Assembly: GCA_030390025.1 (NCBI GenBank)
Contig: JASTWF010000034.1
Coordinates: 3,472,001-3,536,000, forward strand
Direction: 5' to 3'
Length of the DNA: 64,000 nucleotides
DNA from: Squalus acanthias
Lineage: Eukaryota
Part shown: positions 49,363 through 62,410 of the stretch, piece after piece
Position numbering within the stretch: the stretch's first letter is position 1
Layout: the number at the start of each line of letters is the position of its first letter
The notes under the pieces: generated by a model
What the model was told of the DNA's origin: nothing
The model's database searches: none
What the model saw: only the letters and a program-made list of their open reading frames with translations
Made by a program: the position numbers and the translations under genes

Positions 49363-49680
49363 TGGGACAGTGCAGAGGGAGCTTTACTCTGTCTCTAACC
49401 CGTGCTGTACCTGTCCTGGGACAGTTTGATGGGACAGTGTAGAGGGAGCTTTACTCTGTATCAAACCCGTGCTGTACCTGCCCTGAGAGTCTTTGATGGA
49501 ACAGTATAGAGGGATCTTTACACTGTACCTGCCCTGGCACTGTTTGATGCGACAGTGTAGAGGGAGGTTTACAGGGTATCTAACTTGTGCCGTACCTGTC
49601 CTGGGAGTGTTTGATGGGACAGTGAAGAGGGAGCTTCAATCTGTATCTAACCCGTGCTGTACCTGCCCTGAGAGTGTTTG
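49363..49680. repeat. ~67-bp minisatellite
   Basis: About 5 copies of GGGACAGTGTAGAGGGAGCTTTACTCTGTATCTAACCCGTGCTGTACCTG(T/C)CCTGGGAGTGTTTGAT; further copies at 53970-54120 and inverted at 54225-54330. Confidence 0.9.
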
Positions 49681-49684
49681 AGTG

Positions 49685-49935
49685 TCTCACTCCCTCACTC
49701 TCTCTCTCTCTCCATGTCGCTCCCTCTCTCTCACTCCATTTCGCTCCCTCTGTCTTTCTCTCTCTCAATGTCCATTCCTCTCTCTCTCTTTCGCTCCTTC
49801 CCTCTCTGCTGCCGTCCATCTCCCCATCTCTCGCTCTCTCTTCGTCTATTCTGCCAACACGCTACCTCTATCCCTAATTTTCTCCTTCTCCCTGTGCACC
49901 TCTCTTTTTTACTCTCTCCCTCTCTCTCTGTTTCC
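49685..49935. repeat. Degenerate (CT)n low-complexity tract
   Basis: Pyrimidine-rich CT repeats. Confidence 0.9.
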
Positions 49936-50409
49936 GCTCTGATTTTTTTGATTGAAAAGTACCCTGAAATATTTCAGCCTGACTGTTTAAAATAACAACA
50001 ATAAATCACATTTCTGTGACATTTTTTATATCTTAAGCATAGGGCTCGGAATCTGTTGGCTATATCTAGTTTCATGATCTGAAATATTTGAGTGTTTAAA
50101 ATTGACTGGTATATGGATACAGAGAATGCTTCAGACATTCCTGCATTCTGGAACGGTGTGATGTCTTTGCAGAAGTAGGAAATAAGATTGTTGAAAGGAG
50201 ATGCGGATTTTTTTTGTTTGAATAGGGTAAGAATTAGATCGTATCTGTCTAACTTCAAACTCTTCAAACACATGAAGGAACTAGAGATGGGGGCAATACA
50301 CAAACCTGAGACCCCAGACAAGGGCCGAAGGAAGGTTTGTTCACAGATTAACCATTCTCCAGGCTGATAGTTTCGGGGTGATGTCATTCTGGAGGCCTGG
50401 GCAAACAAT

Positions 50410-50498
50410 ACAGAAAGCAGGAGTTCAAATCCCTCCCTGGGTTGTTGTGAATTTGAATTCTGTTCTTTTGAAATAAAATAAATCTGGAATAAAAAAAC
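50410..50498 (+). mobile_element. HE1-like SINE fragment
   Basis: GAGTTCAAATCCC B-box and AAATCTGGAATAAAA, similar to 62780-62840. Confidence 0.55.
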
Positions 50499-51997
50499 TT
50501 CTAAAACAGAATGACTCCCTCCCGCCTGGTCCAGTACACGAGTGTGCCGGACAGCACAAGGCGGGAGTGAATTGTTGCCTTTTACCCGCTGTGTGTACTT
50601 TATAAAGATACAGATTAAAGTCTGTGTATTTTGGTGTTTGTGTGTGTGTATATGTTGGAGATGGATTTTGGATATATTTTAAGATGGAGATCTAAAGATA
50701 AAAATACGGATCGTTTAAAATCGGGGATGTTAATAGAAAGAAGATTTATGTAATGAAGTATAAGAATTGCAGGAACCTACTTTAGAAGAAACCACTCTTT
50801 GTTTATTGAGAAAGACACAGAAAAACAGTTGATTAAACTGATAATGTACAATTTAATTTGGATTGAATGTTTGAAATAGGAGATTAAAAATTGAGAGAAC
50901 AATGAAGTTTGTTTGTTTGTTTGTTTCCTGCTTTTAGTGGGGAAGTACCTGAAATTATTCAGAACTTTTCATGATAAGAGCAGGGATTAATATTTTGGAG
51001 AATGTTTGAGAGAAAAACATTGGAAGCGAAATAGGTAATTTATAAATCTTTAATTCAACATATGAATAAACATGTCCAAGTCAGTCTGACTGGTTGTGCT
51101 GTCCAGGAAGAAAGACATATGATTATTAATCTGTTCAGTCATAGATTTTCCTGCTTTGTGTTTATAATGAAGTGACGTAAATTCTTTGTATATTTGTCAA
51201 TTGTAAATTAACAACAATAAATCACATTTCTGTGACAATTTTTATGTCTTAAACGATTGACTTTGTGGCTCGGAATCTGGCTGGTAAGTCTACTTTAATT
51301 ACCTGAAAGATTTGAGTGTTTAAAGTTGATCTAGGATATGGGATCAAAAGCGTTTTCTGACATACTTGCATTGTGGAACAGTATGATATATTTGCAGAGG
51401 CAGGAAATGGCATTGTTGAATGGAGATGCGGTTTTTGCCCAGGGCAGCACCATGGCCAGGGTCATGCTTTTCCTGATCTGCTGCATCCTGTGTAGATCAG
51501 AAACAGATTCAGGTGTTCATATTAATCACCCCATGACAATGAAATGTGTAAACAATGTCTGGCCAACGCCAGAGACTTCAAGACCAGGAGATGGTGGAAT
51601 ATACAAAACCCAAGGTTCCCAGACCAGATGAGGCACTCATTATAGTTCTGCATCTCTTGTGTCTTTGGAGCAGGTTCAGTTTAACTTTAAAATGACTCTC
51701 TCAAATAATAGGCGTGAGAGAGATCCTGACAGAAATTAAGAACAGGCATTCTGAGAGTTTCAAAGAGAGAGGTGTAGCGTATTCAAGAAATACTAAATTA
51801 TCAAGTAATAAAGGAAAGGTACAGAGAGATACAGAAATATAAAGCTAGATCGATATACAGAGAGGCACATAGAGAGAGATGTACAGAGATATAAAGAAAA
51901 CTGTAGAAATACAGAGCTATAATGAAAAACATTAGAGATACAGGACACGAATCTTTGTACAACCTGCGTGTGTGTCCCACTGGTCTCAGAATGTAAT

Positions 51998-52776
51998 GAT
52001 GCGGAGATGCCGGTGTTGGACTGGGGTGGACAAAATTGAGAGGTCGCACAACACCAGGTTATAGTCCAACAGTTTTATTTGAAATCACAAGCTTTCGGAG
52101 CTATCGCTCCTTCCTCAGGTGAAGTAAATTGGATACAGAATCGCCAGAGCATATATAGATGGAAAAAAAAGCATGTGTACTTTACAATTGCAGACCAATA
52201 AATTAAATCATCCTGACTATCTGCCGAGGTGTGATAAAGTTAATTAAGTCAGCCAGGAAGGTACCACATCAAAAGACATAGCAAGATACAACTGAGACAA
52301 TGAGGTGTAGTCGCAGGGGTTCCAACGTGTCAAAAGCTGCCGTCTGTATGTAAAACGAAAAGCTTTAAAAAAAAATTACTTTTTTACTGGGAAAATTTTT
52401 ACTTTTTTACTGGGAATCACATCTGTGAACAAGCTAACGACGACTCGAGTCCGGATCACGTCATGTATCGTGACATAAACCCAAGATCCCGATTGAGACC
52501 GTCTTCATGAGTGCGGAACTTGGCTATCAGTTTCTGCTCGATGATTTTGCGTTGTCGTGTGTTTCTAAGGTTGCCTTGGAGAACGCTTACCCGCAGATCC
52601 GAGGCTGAATGTCCTTGACTGCTGAAGTGTTCCCCGACTGGGAGGTAACAATCCTGCCTGGCGATTGTTGCGTGGTGCTCGTTCATACGTTGTCTCAGTG
52701 TCTGCATGGTCTCGCCGATGTACCATGCCGCGGTGCATTCTTTCCTGCAACGTATGAGGCCAACGTTGTCTACCTC
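51998..52776 (-). mobile_element. 5'-truncated Penelope-like element (GIY-YIG endonuclease C-terminus plus pLTR)
   Basis: LIRCRKEC..WYIGET.QTLRQRMNEH..VGEHF..EQKLI..GLN, stop at 52456; pLTR shared with 43729-43918. Confidence 0.92.
52085..52122 (-). ncRNA. Minimal type I hammerhead ribozyme in the Penelope pLTR
   Basis: Minus strand TCAC-CTGAGGA-A-GGAGC(GATA)GCTCC-GAAA-GC-TT-GTGA: intact CUGANGA/GAAA core, 5-bp stem II, 4-bp stem I, palindromic AAGCTT in place of stem III. Confidence 0.82.
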
Positions 52777-52945
52777 AAGTGTCCCTGTGTTCAGTGTCTG
52801 TCTCTGCTGGTGTGGAGTCGGACTCTGCAACAAGTGTCCCTCTGTACAGTCTGTGTCTCTGCTGGTGTGGTGTCGGACTCTGGAACAAGTGTCCCTGTGA
52901 TCAGTGTGTGTCTCTCCCAGTGTGGAGTCGGACTCTGAAACAAGT
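52777..52945. repeat. ~55-bp minisatellite (continues at 53873-53940 after a CR1 insertion)
   Basis: AAGTGTCCCTGTG..CAGTGT(C/G)TGTCTCTGCTGGTGTGGAGTCGGACTCTG x3, with a fourth copy beyond the CR1. Confidence 0.85.
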
Positions 52946-52948
52946 AGT

Positions 52949-53872
52949 AACATAGAAAAATAGGAGCAGGAGTAGGCCATTCGGCCCTTCGAGCCTGCTC
53001 CGCCATTCAATATGATCATGTCTGATCCTTTATCTCAATGCCATATTACTGCTCTCTCTCCATACCCCTTGATGCCTTTTGTCTCCAGAAATCCATCTAT
53101 CTCCTCCTTAAATATATTCAGTGATTGGGCCTCAACAGCCTTTTGTGGTAGAGAATTCCAAAGGTTCACCACCCTCTGAGTGAAGAAATTTCTCCTCATT
53201 TCAGTCCTAAATGTCCTACCCCGTCTCCCGAGTCTGTGACCCCTCGTTCTAGACCCCCCAGCCAGGGGAAACATCCTCCTGCATTCAGTCAGTCTAGCCC
53301 TGTCAGAAATGTATACGTTTTAGTGAGATCCCCTCTCATTCTTCTAAACTCTAGTGAATACAGGCCTAGTCGACCCAATTTCTCCTTATACTACAGCCCT
53401 GCCATCCCAGGAATCAGCCTGGTGAACTTAGGCTGCACTCCCTCTCTGGCAAGTATATCCTTTCTCAGGTAAGGAGATCAAAACTGCACACAGTACTCCA
53501 GGTGTGGTCTCACCAAGGCCCTGTATCATGTAGTAAGACATCCTTGCTCCTGTTCTCAAATCCTCTTGCAATGAAGACCAACATACCATTTGCCTTCCTA
53601 GCTTCTTGCTGCACTTGCATGTTTGCTTTCAGTGACTGGTGTACAAGGACACCCAGTCCTTTTGTACATCAACATTTCCCAATCTATCACCATTTCAATA
53701 ATACACTGCCTTTCTGTTTTTCCTACCGAAGTGGATAACTTCACATTGATGCACGTTATACTGCATCTGCCATGTATTTGCCCACACACCCAACTTGTCT
53801 AAATCGCCTTGAAGCCTCTTTGCATCCTCCTCACAACTCACAATCCCACCTATTTTCGTGTCATCAGCAAAC
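52949..53872 (-). mobile_element. CR1 3' portion
   Basis: RRNFFTQRVVNLWNSLP; tail CATAGAAAAATAGGAGCAGGAGTAGGCC. Confidence 0.92.
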
Positions 53873-54329
53873 TTGTGTCCCTGTGTACAGCGTGTGTCTC
53901 TGCTGGTGTGCAGTCGAACTCTGTAAACAGTGTCCCTGTGTGAGGGAACTTAAAACACAATTCGTGCTTTAACTGCCCTGGGAATGTTGAGGAGACAGTA
54001 TAGCTGGAGCTTTACGTTGTATTTAAACGTTGCTGTACCTGCGCTAGGAGTGTTTGACAGGAGAGTGCAGAGGGAGCTTTAATCTGTATCTAACCCATGC
54101 TGTACTTGCGCTAGGAGTGTACCTGCATGCTAACCTTTTGTGATTCATGTACAAGGACCCTCAGATCCCTCTGTACTTCAGCATTTTGTAATCTCTCATT
54201 TTGCAGCACCTGTTAGTTATGGGTAAATCTCCCTCTACACTGTACCATCAAATTCTCCCAAGGCAAGTACAGCACGAGTTATGCTCCCACTACCCAATCC
54301 CACACAACATACCCAGGGCAGGTACAGCA

Positions 54330-54492
54330 TAGACCTTCCCTTTTGTTCTTTCCTCCCATACCCTCTTTTCCCTGCCTCTGTACGTGCTTAAAATCCGTTA
54401 CATCAGTAACATTTTCCAGTTCTGATGAAAGGTCATCGACCTGAATAATTAACTCTGTTTCTCCCTCCACAGATGCTGCCTGATCTGCTGAG
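54330..54492 (+). mobile_element. Second Penelope-type pLTR fragment with a degenerate hammerhead
   Basis: AGTT-CTGATGA-A-AGGTC(ATC)GACCT-GAAT-AATT-AACT followed by CTCCACAGATGCTGCCTGA. Confidence 0.65.
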
Positions 54493-54850
54493 CAATGTTC
54501 CCTGTAAGGTGCTTGGGTGCACTGCGATCTGTAAGGTCCCGCGCACTGAAATTCACAGGCGGCGCAGTGAGCTCGAGCGGGCGGAGGGTCCCGATACCCA
54601 ATGACACGCGAATCTTCACACAGCCATTTGTGAACTCACAGAGCCGATCCGAATTGGAACAACATTTGCTGAGATACATAGCTCTAGAATACGGCGAGCG
54701 TTGTCTCGGGATTCTTTCAGCACTTTTTCCATGGAGACGCCTGTAGTCCATTCCCGCGGACTGAGCGACGGCCACACGTTGGAACAACACAGGTGGAGAC
54801 GCAGCGCATAAACAATGGTACAATGGCCGCTGGAAGGAGGCGAAAGCAAA
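54493..54850 (+). mobile_element. Possible terminal fragment of a hAT-like DNA transposon
   Basis: Starts CAATGTTCCCTGTAAG (hAT-like TIR) with a GC-rich subterminal region; matching TIR not found. Confidence 0.35.
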
Positions 54851-56117
54851 CATTTTGTAGCCCCTCGGTGAAATAAAATTATGAGAATTTGTTTTGTTTT
54901 TAATTCAGAAAAATGTTTAAAGCCGGAAAAAGTTATGGGAAATTGATTTTGAATGTTTCATGGTAAGTTCCAGTTCAATTTTCCCAGTGCTCGTCTCCTT
55001 TTTGAAATAGTTTATCAGGGTTATTTAAATCATGTTGTAAGAGAGTGGAAAAGGTTTGTGCCCCCGTTTGTATCTCAGAGTCTGAGAGACGGAGGGAACG
55101 GCAGCAGAAAAACAGGAAACAACATCTCCAGAAACTGATCCCAACTCATCGCCAAGGTTGGGGATAGATAATCTCACCGCCTTCTGAGGAAGTTTAACAA
55201 CTTTATTCTCTTTCTGATTTCTGCTCCGTTTGGAATTAGATTTTATTTTTTTATATTTTGTTATATGTTTAACGACAGCATTGAAGGAGGACAGAGAAAC
55301 TTGGAGCAACTTCTTCTGTCAATGCTGCAATGAGACTTCAAATAATTTAAAGATTTTTAACGAACTTTTCACAAAAAATGCATGTTAAAAACACTTTCCG
55401 TCCCTAAGTTTCGAATATGATTTTGCAAGAAACAGAAGCAAAAGTCAATTTTCCCCTCACCTAAACAATTTTCATCCAGGTCTTGAAGTCCAAACGCTTT
55501 TAAAGAGTCTCTGAAATGCTTAAAATGTTTTAAAATTGAAATTGCTCAATATTTGATTTTGAGCGATCGAGTGAAGTGAGTAGCTTTACACAAACATGCA
55601 ACCATGATATTGAGGAGGGGAAGATTTGCAGGAGTTACATATTACTTTTTAATGACTTAAAAAAAAACATTAAGATATTTAGGAAGAGAACCAAAAAAGG
55701 GGAAAAGCACAAACCATGTTTTTTGCTTGTCGTTCTGTAATCCGAACAAGTCGCAGGAATAATGTAAATATAGATTTCCTCTTAAACGTTTAGGGAAGTG
55801 TTAATAGAAATAAGAGATATGTAATGATATATAAAAATTGTATGAAGCTACTTTAGAAGAAACCACCCTTTGTTTATTGAGAAAGACACGGAAAATATTT
55901 TGATTAAACTGATAACGTACAATTCGATTTGGTTTGAATGTTTGATATAGGAGAAAAAGATCGAGAGTACAATGAAATTTGTTTCCCGCTTTTAATGGTG
56001 AAGTTCCGAAAATACTTCAACACTTTTCGTATTTAAGAACAGGGAATAATATTGTGGAGAATGTTTGAGAGAAAAACATTAGAAGCGAAATTGGTAAATT
56101 ATCAATCTTGACTCCAT

Positions 56118-58700
56118 GCCCCTCGCTGTAACACTCTGATATACCGCGCACCCCTCACTGTAACACTGATATACCCCACACCCCTCACTGTAACACACTG
56201 ATATAATCGCACACCCCTGACTGTAACACTCTGTTATACACCACACCCCTCACTGTAACGCTCTGATGTAAACCCACTCCCCTGACTAAAAGAGTCTGAA
56301 ATACCCCACACCCCTTACTGTAACACAGCGATATACCCCACACCCCTCACGGTAACACACTGATGGACTCCCCTCCGAGGTGCTAAAACATGGTGGAGAA
56401 GCACTATTGGCGCGAATACAGGAACTCATTTCTCTCTTTTGCAAGTAGAAGAGCATGCCAGGGGATCTCAGAGATGCCGTAATCGTAACCATCTTCAAGA
56501 AAGGTGACAAGTCCGATTGCGGTCATTACAGTCCCCCTGCTGTGTGCCACAGGGAAAGTCATCAGAAGAATCCTCCTCAATCGCCTTCTTCCAGTGGCTG
56601 AAGAGCTCCTCCCAGAGTCGCAATGCGGATTCCGCCCACTAAGGGGCACAATGGACATGGACTTCACCGCACGTCAACTACAAGAGAAATGCAGCGAACA
56701 GCACCAACCGCTGTACATGGCCTTCTTTGACCTCATAAAGGACTTCGACAGCATCAACCATGAGGGATTATGGAGTATCCTCCTCAAATTCGGCTGCCCT
56801 CAAAAGTTTGTCACCATCCTCCGCCTGCTCCATGACGACATGCAAGCCGTGATCGTGAACAATGGATCCACCACAGATGCAATTCACGTACGGACCGGGG
56901 TCAAGCAAGGCTGTGTCATCGCACCAACGCATCTCGATCTTCCTGACTGCAATGCTCCATCTCACCCTCAGTAAGCTCCCCGTTGGAGTGGAGCTGATCT
57001 ACAGAACAAGCGGGAAAATGTTCAACCTCCGTCGCCTCCAGTCCAGAACCAAGGTTGTCCGATCCTCTGTCATCGAATTACATTATGCAGACTATGCTTC
57101 CGTCTGCGCACACACTGAGGTCGAATTTCAAACCATCGTCAACATCTTCACCGAAGCGTACGAGAGCATAGGCCTTACACTAAACATTCGTAAGACAAAG
57201 GTCCTCTACCAACCTGCCCCCGCCACACAGTACTGCTCCACGATTATCAATATCCACGACAAGGCCTTGGACAACGTGGACCACTTTTCATACCTCGGGA
57301 GCATACTGTCAACAAGGGCAGACGTCGTTGATGAAGTCCAACACCGCCTTCGGTGTGCCAGTGTAACCATCGGTCGCCTGACGAAAAGAGGGTTTGAAGA
57401 TCAGGATCTCAACCCAGCACCAAGCTCATGCTCTGTATGCCTCAGAGACATGGACCATGTAAAGCAGGCACCTCAAAGCACTGGCGAGGTGCCCCCAACG
57501 CTCCCTCCGCAAGATCCTGCAAATCAATTGGCAGGATAGGCGCACCAACGTCAGTGTTCTCGCTCAGGCCAACATCCCCAGCATCGAACCTTTGAACACG
57601 CTCGATCAGCTCCGATGGACGGGCCACATTGTCTGCATGCCCGATACGAGACTACCAAAGCATGCGCTCTACTCGGAGCTCCGGCACGGCAAGTGAGCCC
57701 CAGGTGTGCAGAGGAAACGCTTCAAGGACACTTTCAAAGCTTCCTTGAAATAGTTCAACATCCCCACCGACACCTGGGAATCCGTGGCCCAAAACCGCAC
57801 AAAATGGAGGAGAAGCATCCAGGAAGGCGCCGAACACCTCAATCTCTTCACCGGGAGCAAGCGGAATAAAGTACAAACAGCAGATGGATCGCACGTCAAC
57901 CCAAGCACCACACCGCCCCACCTGTGACAGAGACTGTAGTTCCCGCATTGGAATCATCAGTCACCTGAGAACTCATTTTTAGTGTGGAAGCAAGTCATCC
58001 TCGGTTCAGAGAGAATGCCTAAGAAGAAGAACACTCTGATGTAACCACACCCCTCACTGAAGCACTCTGATATACCCCATACCCCTCATTGTAACACTCT
58101 GATATATCCCAGACCTCTCAATGTATCATTATGATATACCCCACACCCCTCACTCTAACACTCTGATATAAACCCACAGCTTTCACTTTAACACACTGAT
58201 ATACCCCTCACTTTATTCCTCTCTTACATATTCCAAACCTCTCACTGTAACAGACCGATATACCCTACTCACCTCACTATAACACTCTGATATACCCCAC
58301 ACCCCTCACTGGAGCACTCTGATATACCCCACTCACCTCCCTTTAACACTCTGTAACACTGTGATATACCCAACAACCATCACTGTAACATTGTGATATA
58401 TCCCACACCCTTCACTGTAACACCCTGATATACCCCACAGCCCTCACTGTAACACTCTGATATACACCACACCTCTTACTTTAACACTAATATACCCCAC
58501 ACCCCTCACTGTAACACTTTAATATACACCACATGATTCACTGTAACACTCTGATACACCCCACACACCTCACTGCAACACGCTGATAAACACCACACCC
58601 CTCTGACAGTCTGATATACACCAACCCCCTCACTGTAACACTCTGATATTCCCCTCATTGTAATCCTCTCTTACATACTGATATACCCCACAACACTAAC
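56118..58700. repeat. ~32-bp minisatellite split by an RTE insertion
   Basis: CCCCTCACTGTAACACTCTGATATACCCCACA copies at 56118-56365 and 58030-58700. Confidence 0.92.
56366..58029 (+). mobile_element. 5'-truncated RTE-clade LINE
   Basis: LLPESQCGFR..RQLQEKC.EQ..LYMAFFDL, GVKQGCVIAP, LHYADY, FSYLGS; (AAG)n tail; possible 12-bp TSD AACAC(A/T)CTGATG. Confidence 0.92.
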
Positions 58701-59024
58701 TGTTGTCACTGCCACTTAATCCCAAGAGCTTCAATTCTGGTAATATGTGATACTTTATCAAGCACATTTTGTAACGATAGGGAAATTGGGAAAGTGTGAG
58801 TAGTATCAATCATACAATGACAGAATTGGTGATCCAAGTGTTGTTGATAATTTGTTTAGCGTACTTGACGCCCCGCTCTGATCACAGGCCTCGTCTGGTT
58901 TCAATCAATGAATTATAAAATCATTGATTTTAATCCATTTTAATATTTCACTGTATTTCTTCTCAGGATATGGGTAACGCTGTCAAGGCCTAGTTACCTA
59001 TGTGAAAATCGTGGGCCTTCATCT

Positions 59025-62000
59025 TAAGAACATAAGAAATAGGTGCAGGAGTAGGTCATTCGGACCATCGAGCCTGCTCCGCCATTCAATGAGATCATGG
59101 CTGATCTTCTGCCTCAACTCCATTCACCGGCCCTTATCACCATATCCCTTGATGCCTTTACTGGTCAGAAATCTATCGACTTCTGTTTTGAATATACCCA
59201 ATGACTGAGCCTGCACAGCCCTCTGCGGTAGAGAATTCCAATGATTCAAAACCCTATGTGTGAAGAAATTTCTTCTCATCTCATTCCTGAATGTCCTACC
59301 CTTTATCCTGAGGCAATGGCCCCTGGCTCTAGACTCCCCAGCCAAGGGAAACATTCTCCCATCATCCAACCTATCAAGCCCTGTAATAATTTTGTATGAT
59401 TCAATGAGATCCCCTATTATTCTTCTGAATTCAAGAGAATACAGGCCTAGTTTACTCAATCTCTTCTCATACCATAGTCCCGCCATTCCAGGAATTAATC
59501 TCGTGAACCTTCGTGGCACTCCCTCTATGGCAAATATATCCTTCCTTAGGTAAGGAGACCAAAATTGAACACAGGATTCCAGGTGTTGTCACACCAAGGC
59601 CCTATATAATTGGAGTAAGACTTCTTTACTCCTGCACTCAAATCCTCTTGTATTGAAGGCCAGCTAACTTTGGCTTCCTAATGGCTTGCTGCACCTGCAC
59701 ATTCACTTTCAGTGACTCGTGTACAAGGACACCCAGATTCCTTTGAGCATCTGCATTCCCCAACCTTTCCCCATTTAGGAAATACACTGCCTTTCTGTTT
59801 TTTCTACCAAAGTGGATAACATCACAATTATCCACATTATATTCCATCTGCCATGTTCTCGCCCACTCACTGAGCCTGTCGCGGTCCCCTTGAAGCCTCT
59901 TCACATCCTCTTCACAACTGACATTGGCACCTAGCATTGTATCATCAGCAAATTTGGAAATGTTACATTTAGACCCCTCATCCAAATCATTGATGTAGAT
60001 TGTGAATAGCTGGGGCCCAAGCACCGATCCTTGCGGTACCCCACTAGTCACAGCCTGCCATTCTGAAAAAGACCCGTTTATTCCTAATCTTTGTATTCTG
60101 TCTGTTAACCAATTCTCAATCCATGCAGGTATATTAGCCCCAATTCCATGTGCCCTAATTTTGTTCACCAGCCTCTTGTGTGGGACGTTATCAAAGGCCT
60201 TCTGAAAATCCAGATACACCATATCTACCGGTTCCCCTTTGTCTACTACACTCGTTACATCCTCAAAGAACACCAGTAGGTTTGTCAAACAGGATGTCCC
60301 TTTCATAAATCCAGGTTGACTCTGTCCAATCTTACTATTAGTTTCTAAGTTCCCAGTTATTGCATCCTTTATAATAGATTCCAGCATTTTCCCAACTACT
60401 GATGTGAGGCTAACAGTTCTGTAGTTCCCGCCTTTCTTAAATTGCGGGGTTGCATTTGTTATCCTCCAATCTGCAGGAACCCTTCTAGAATCTATAGATT
60501 TTTGGAAAATGACAACCAATGCATCCACTATCCCAGTGGCCACCTCTTTCAATACCCTAGGATGTAGGTCATCCGGTCCTTGGAATTTATCGACTTTTCG
60601 TCCCATTAATTTTGCTAGTACTGTTTTTTTACTAATAATAATTTCTTTAAGTTCCTCATTCTCGCCACACCCTTGCTTTTCTCGTCTTTCTGGGAGGTTT
60701 TTTGTGTCTTCCTCCGTGAAGACAGAAACAAAGTATTTATTTAATTTCACCGCCATTTCCTCATTCCCCATTATAAAGTCTCCCGTCTCTGACTGTAAAG
60801 GACCTACATTTACCTTCGCCAGTCTTTTCCTTTTCACATACCTATAGAAGCTTTGCCAATCCGTTTTTATATTTTTTGCTAGTTTGTGCTCATATTCCAT
60901 TTTCCCTTTCTTTATCAATTTCTTGATCCCTCTTTGCTGATTTCTAAAAAGATCCGAATCCTCAGGCTGACCGCTTTTTCTGCCAACTTTATAAGCTTCC
61001 TCCTTTCACTTAATACTAGCTTTAATTTCTTTTGTTAGCAATGGATGGATCACTTTTCCTTTTGGGTTTTTATGTCCTCGAGGAATATATGTTTGTTGCA
61101 AATTATGCATTATTTCCTTGAATATTAGCCATTGTATGTACATCTTCATACCTTTTAGTGGAGTCTCCCAATCTACAATGGCCAACATGTCCCTCATACC
61201 CTTGTAGTTTCCTCTGTTTAGATTGAAGACCTTAGTTTCAGATTGGACTATATCACTCTCAAACATAATGTAAAATTCAATCATATTATGGTCACTTGTC
61301 CCTAAAGGCCCCTTTACCAGAAGATTATTGATTATCCCTTTCTCTTTACATAGTACCAGATCCAGAATAGCCTGTTCCCTGGTTGGTTCCTCCACATACT
61401 GATCCAGGAAACCATCTCGCTAGCACGTGGCACTGGGAGTAATCCTGAGATTACTACCTTTGAGGTCCTGCTTTTTAATTTATTTCCTAGCTTCCTATAT
61501 TCTGATTGCAGGACCACGTCCCTCTTTCTACCTATGTCGTTATTACCGATATGGACCACGACACTGGCTGTTCACCCTCCCACTTCTGAATGTCCTGCAG
61601 CCGGTCAGTGACATCCTTGACCCTCGCACCAGGAAGGCAACATACCATCCTGGAGTCACGTCTGCCACCACAGAAACGTCTATCTGTTTCCCTTATGATA
61701 GGATCCCCTATCACTATTTCTTTCCCTCTCTTTTTCCTGCCCTCCTGTGCATGCTGAGCCACTCGTAGTGCCACGGACTTGGCATTTGCTACATTCCCCT
61801 GAGAAACCATCTCCCCCATCAGTATCCAAAACGGAAAATCTGTATTGGAGGGAGATTGACCCAGGGGACTTCTGCACTACCTTCCTAGTTCTTATACTCT
61901 GACTGGTGGTCACCCATTTCCTGTCTGCCTGTGCACTCTTTACCTGCGGTGTGACCATCTTATTAAACGTGCTATCCACGAAGATCTCAGCTTCACGGAT

Positions 62001-62410
62001 GTTCCACAGTGACTCCAGTCGCAGCTCCAGCTCCGAAACGCGGATTTCGAGTAGCTGCAGCTGGAGACACTTCCTGCACATGTGTTCGCCCTGGACACCG
62101 AAAGTGTCCCTGACTTCCAACATAGCACAGGAGGAACATTCCTCGCTGCCGAGCTGCCCTGCCATGTCCTATGCTATAATTTACTCTCTTTACTTCCTCT
62201 AAATTAAAGAATATTAAAGACATTAGGGACCCTACTTCACTTTAAACACTACTTACTCTAAACCAGAGACCGTACTTTTACTTTAACGACTGGACTGTAG
62301 AAATACTCACCAGGCCCTACTTACCAATCAGCGCCTTCCCTGGTTGTGACGTCCTTTTAGTGGTTTTGCAGTTGTTGTTGTTTGACTGCTTCCGCTCTCG
62401 GACTCTTTCT
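59025..62410 (-). mobile_element. CR1 LINE with 5' UTR, ORF1, an internal deletion and ORF2 RT
   Basis: ORF1 61680..62165 (CSSC..CRKC), esterase, jump from LLPVPRASE to the APE C-terminus near 61415, RT ORF 59638..60918 (KFADDT), tail TAAGAACATAAGAA. Confidence 0.94.

Noticed and set aside
49580..49995. ORFs rich in Ser/Leu or Arg/Glu
   Set aside because: Translations of a (CT)n tract.
52456..53019. 187-aa chimeric GIY-YIG gene
   Set aside because: Chance read-through of a CR1 tail, a minisatellite and a truncated Penelope endonuclease.
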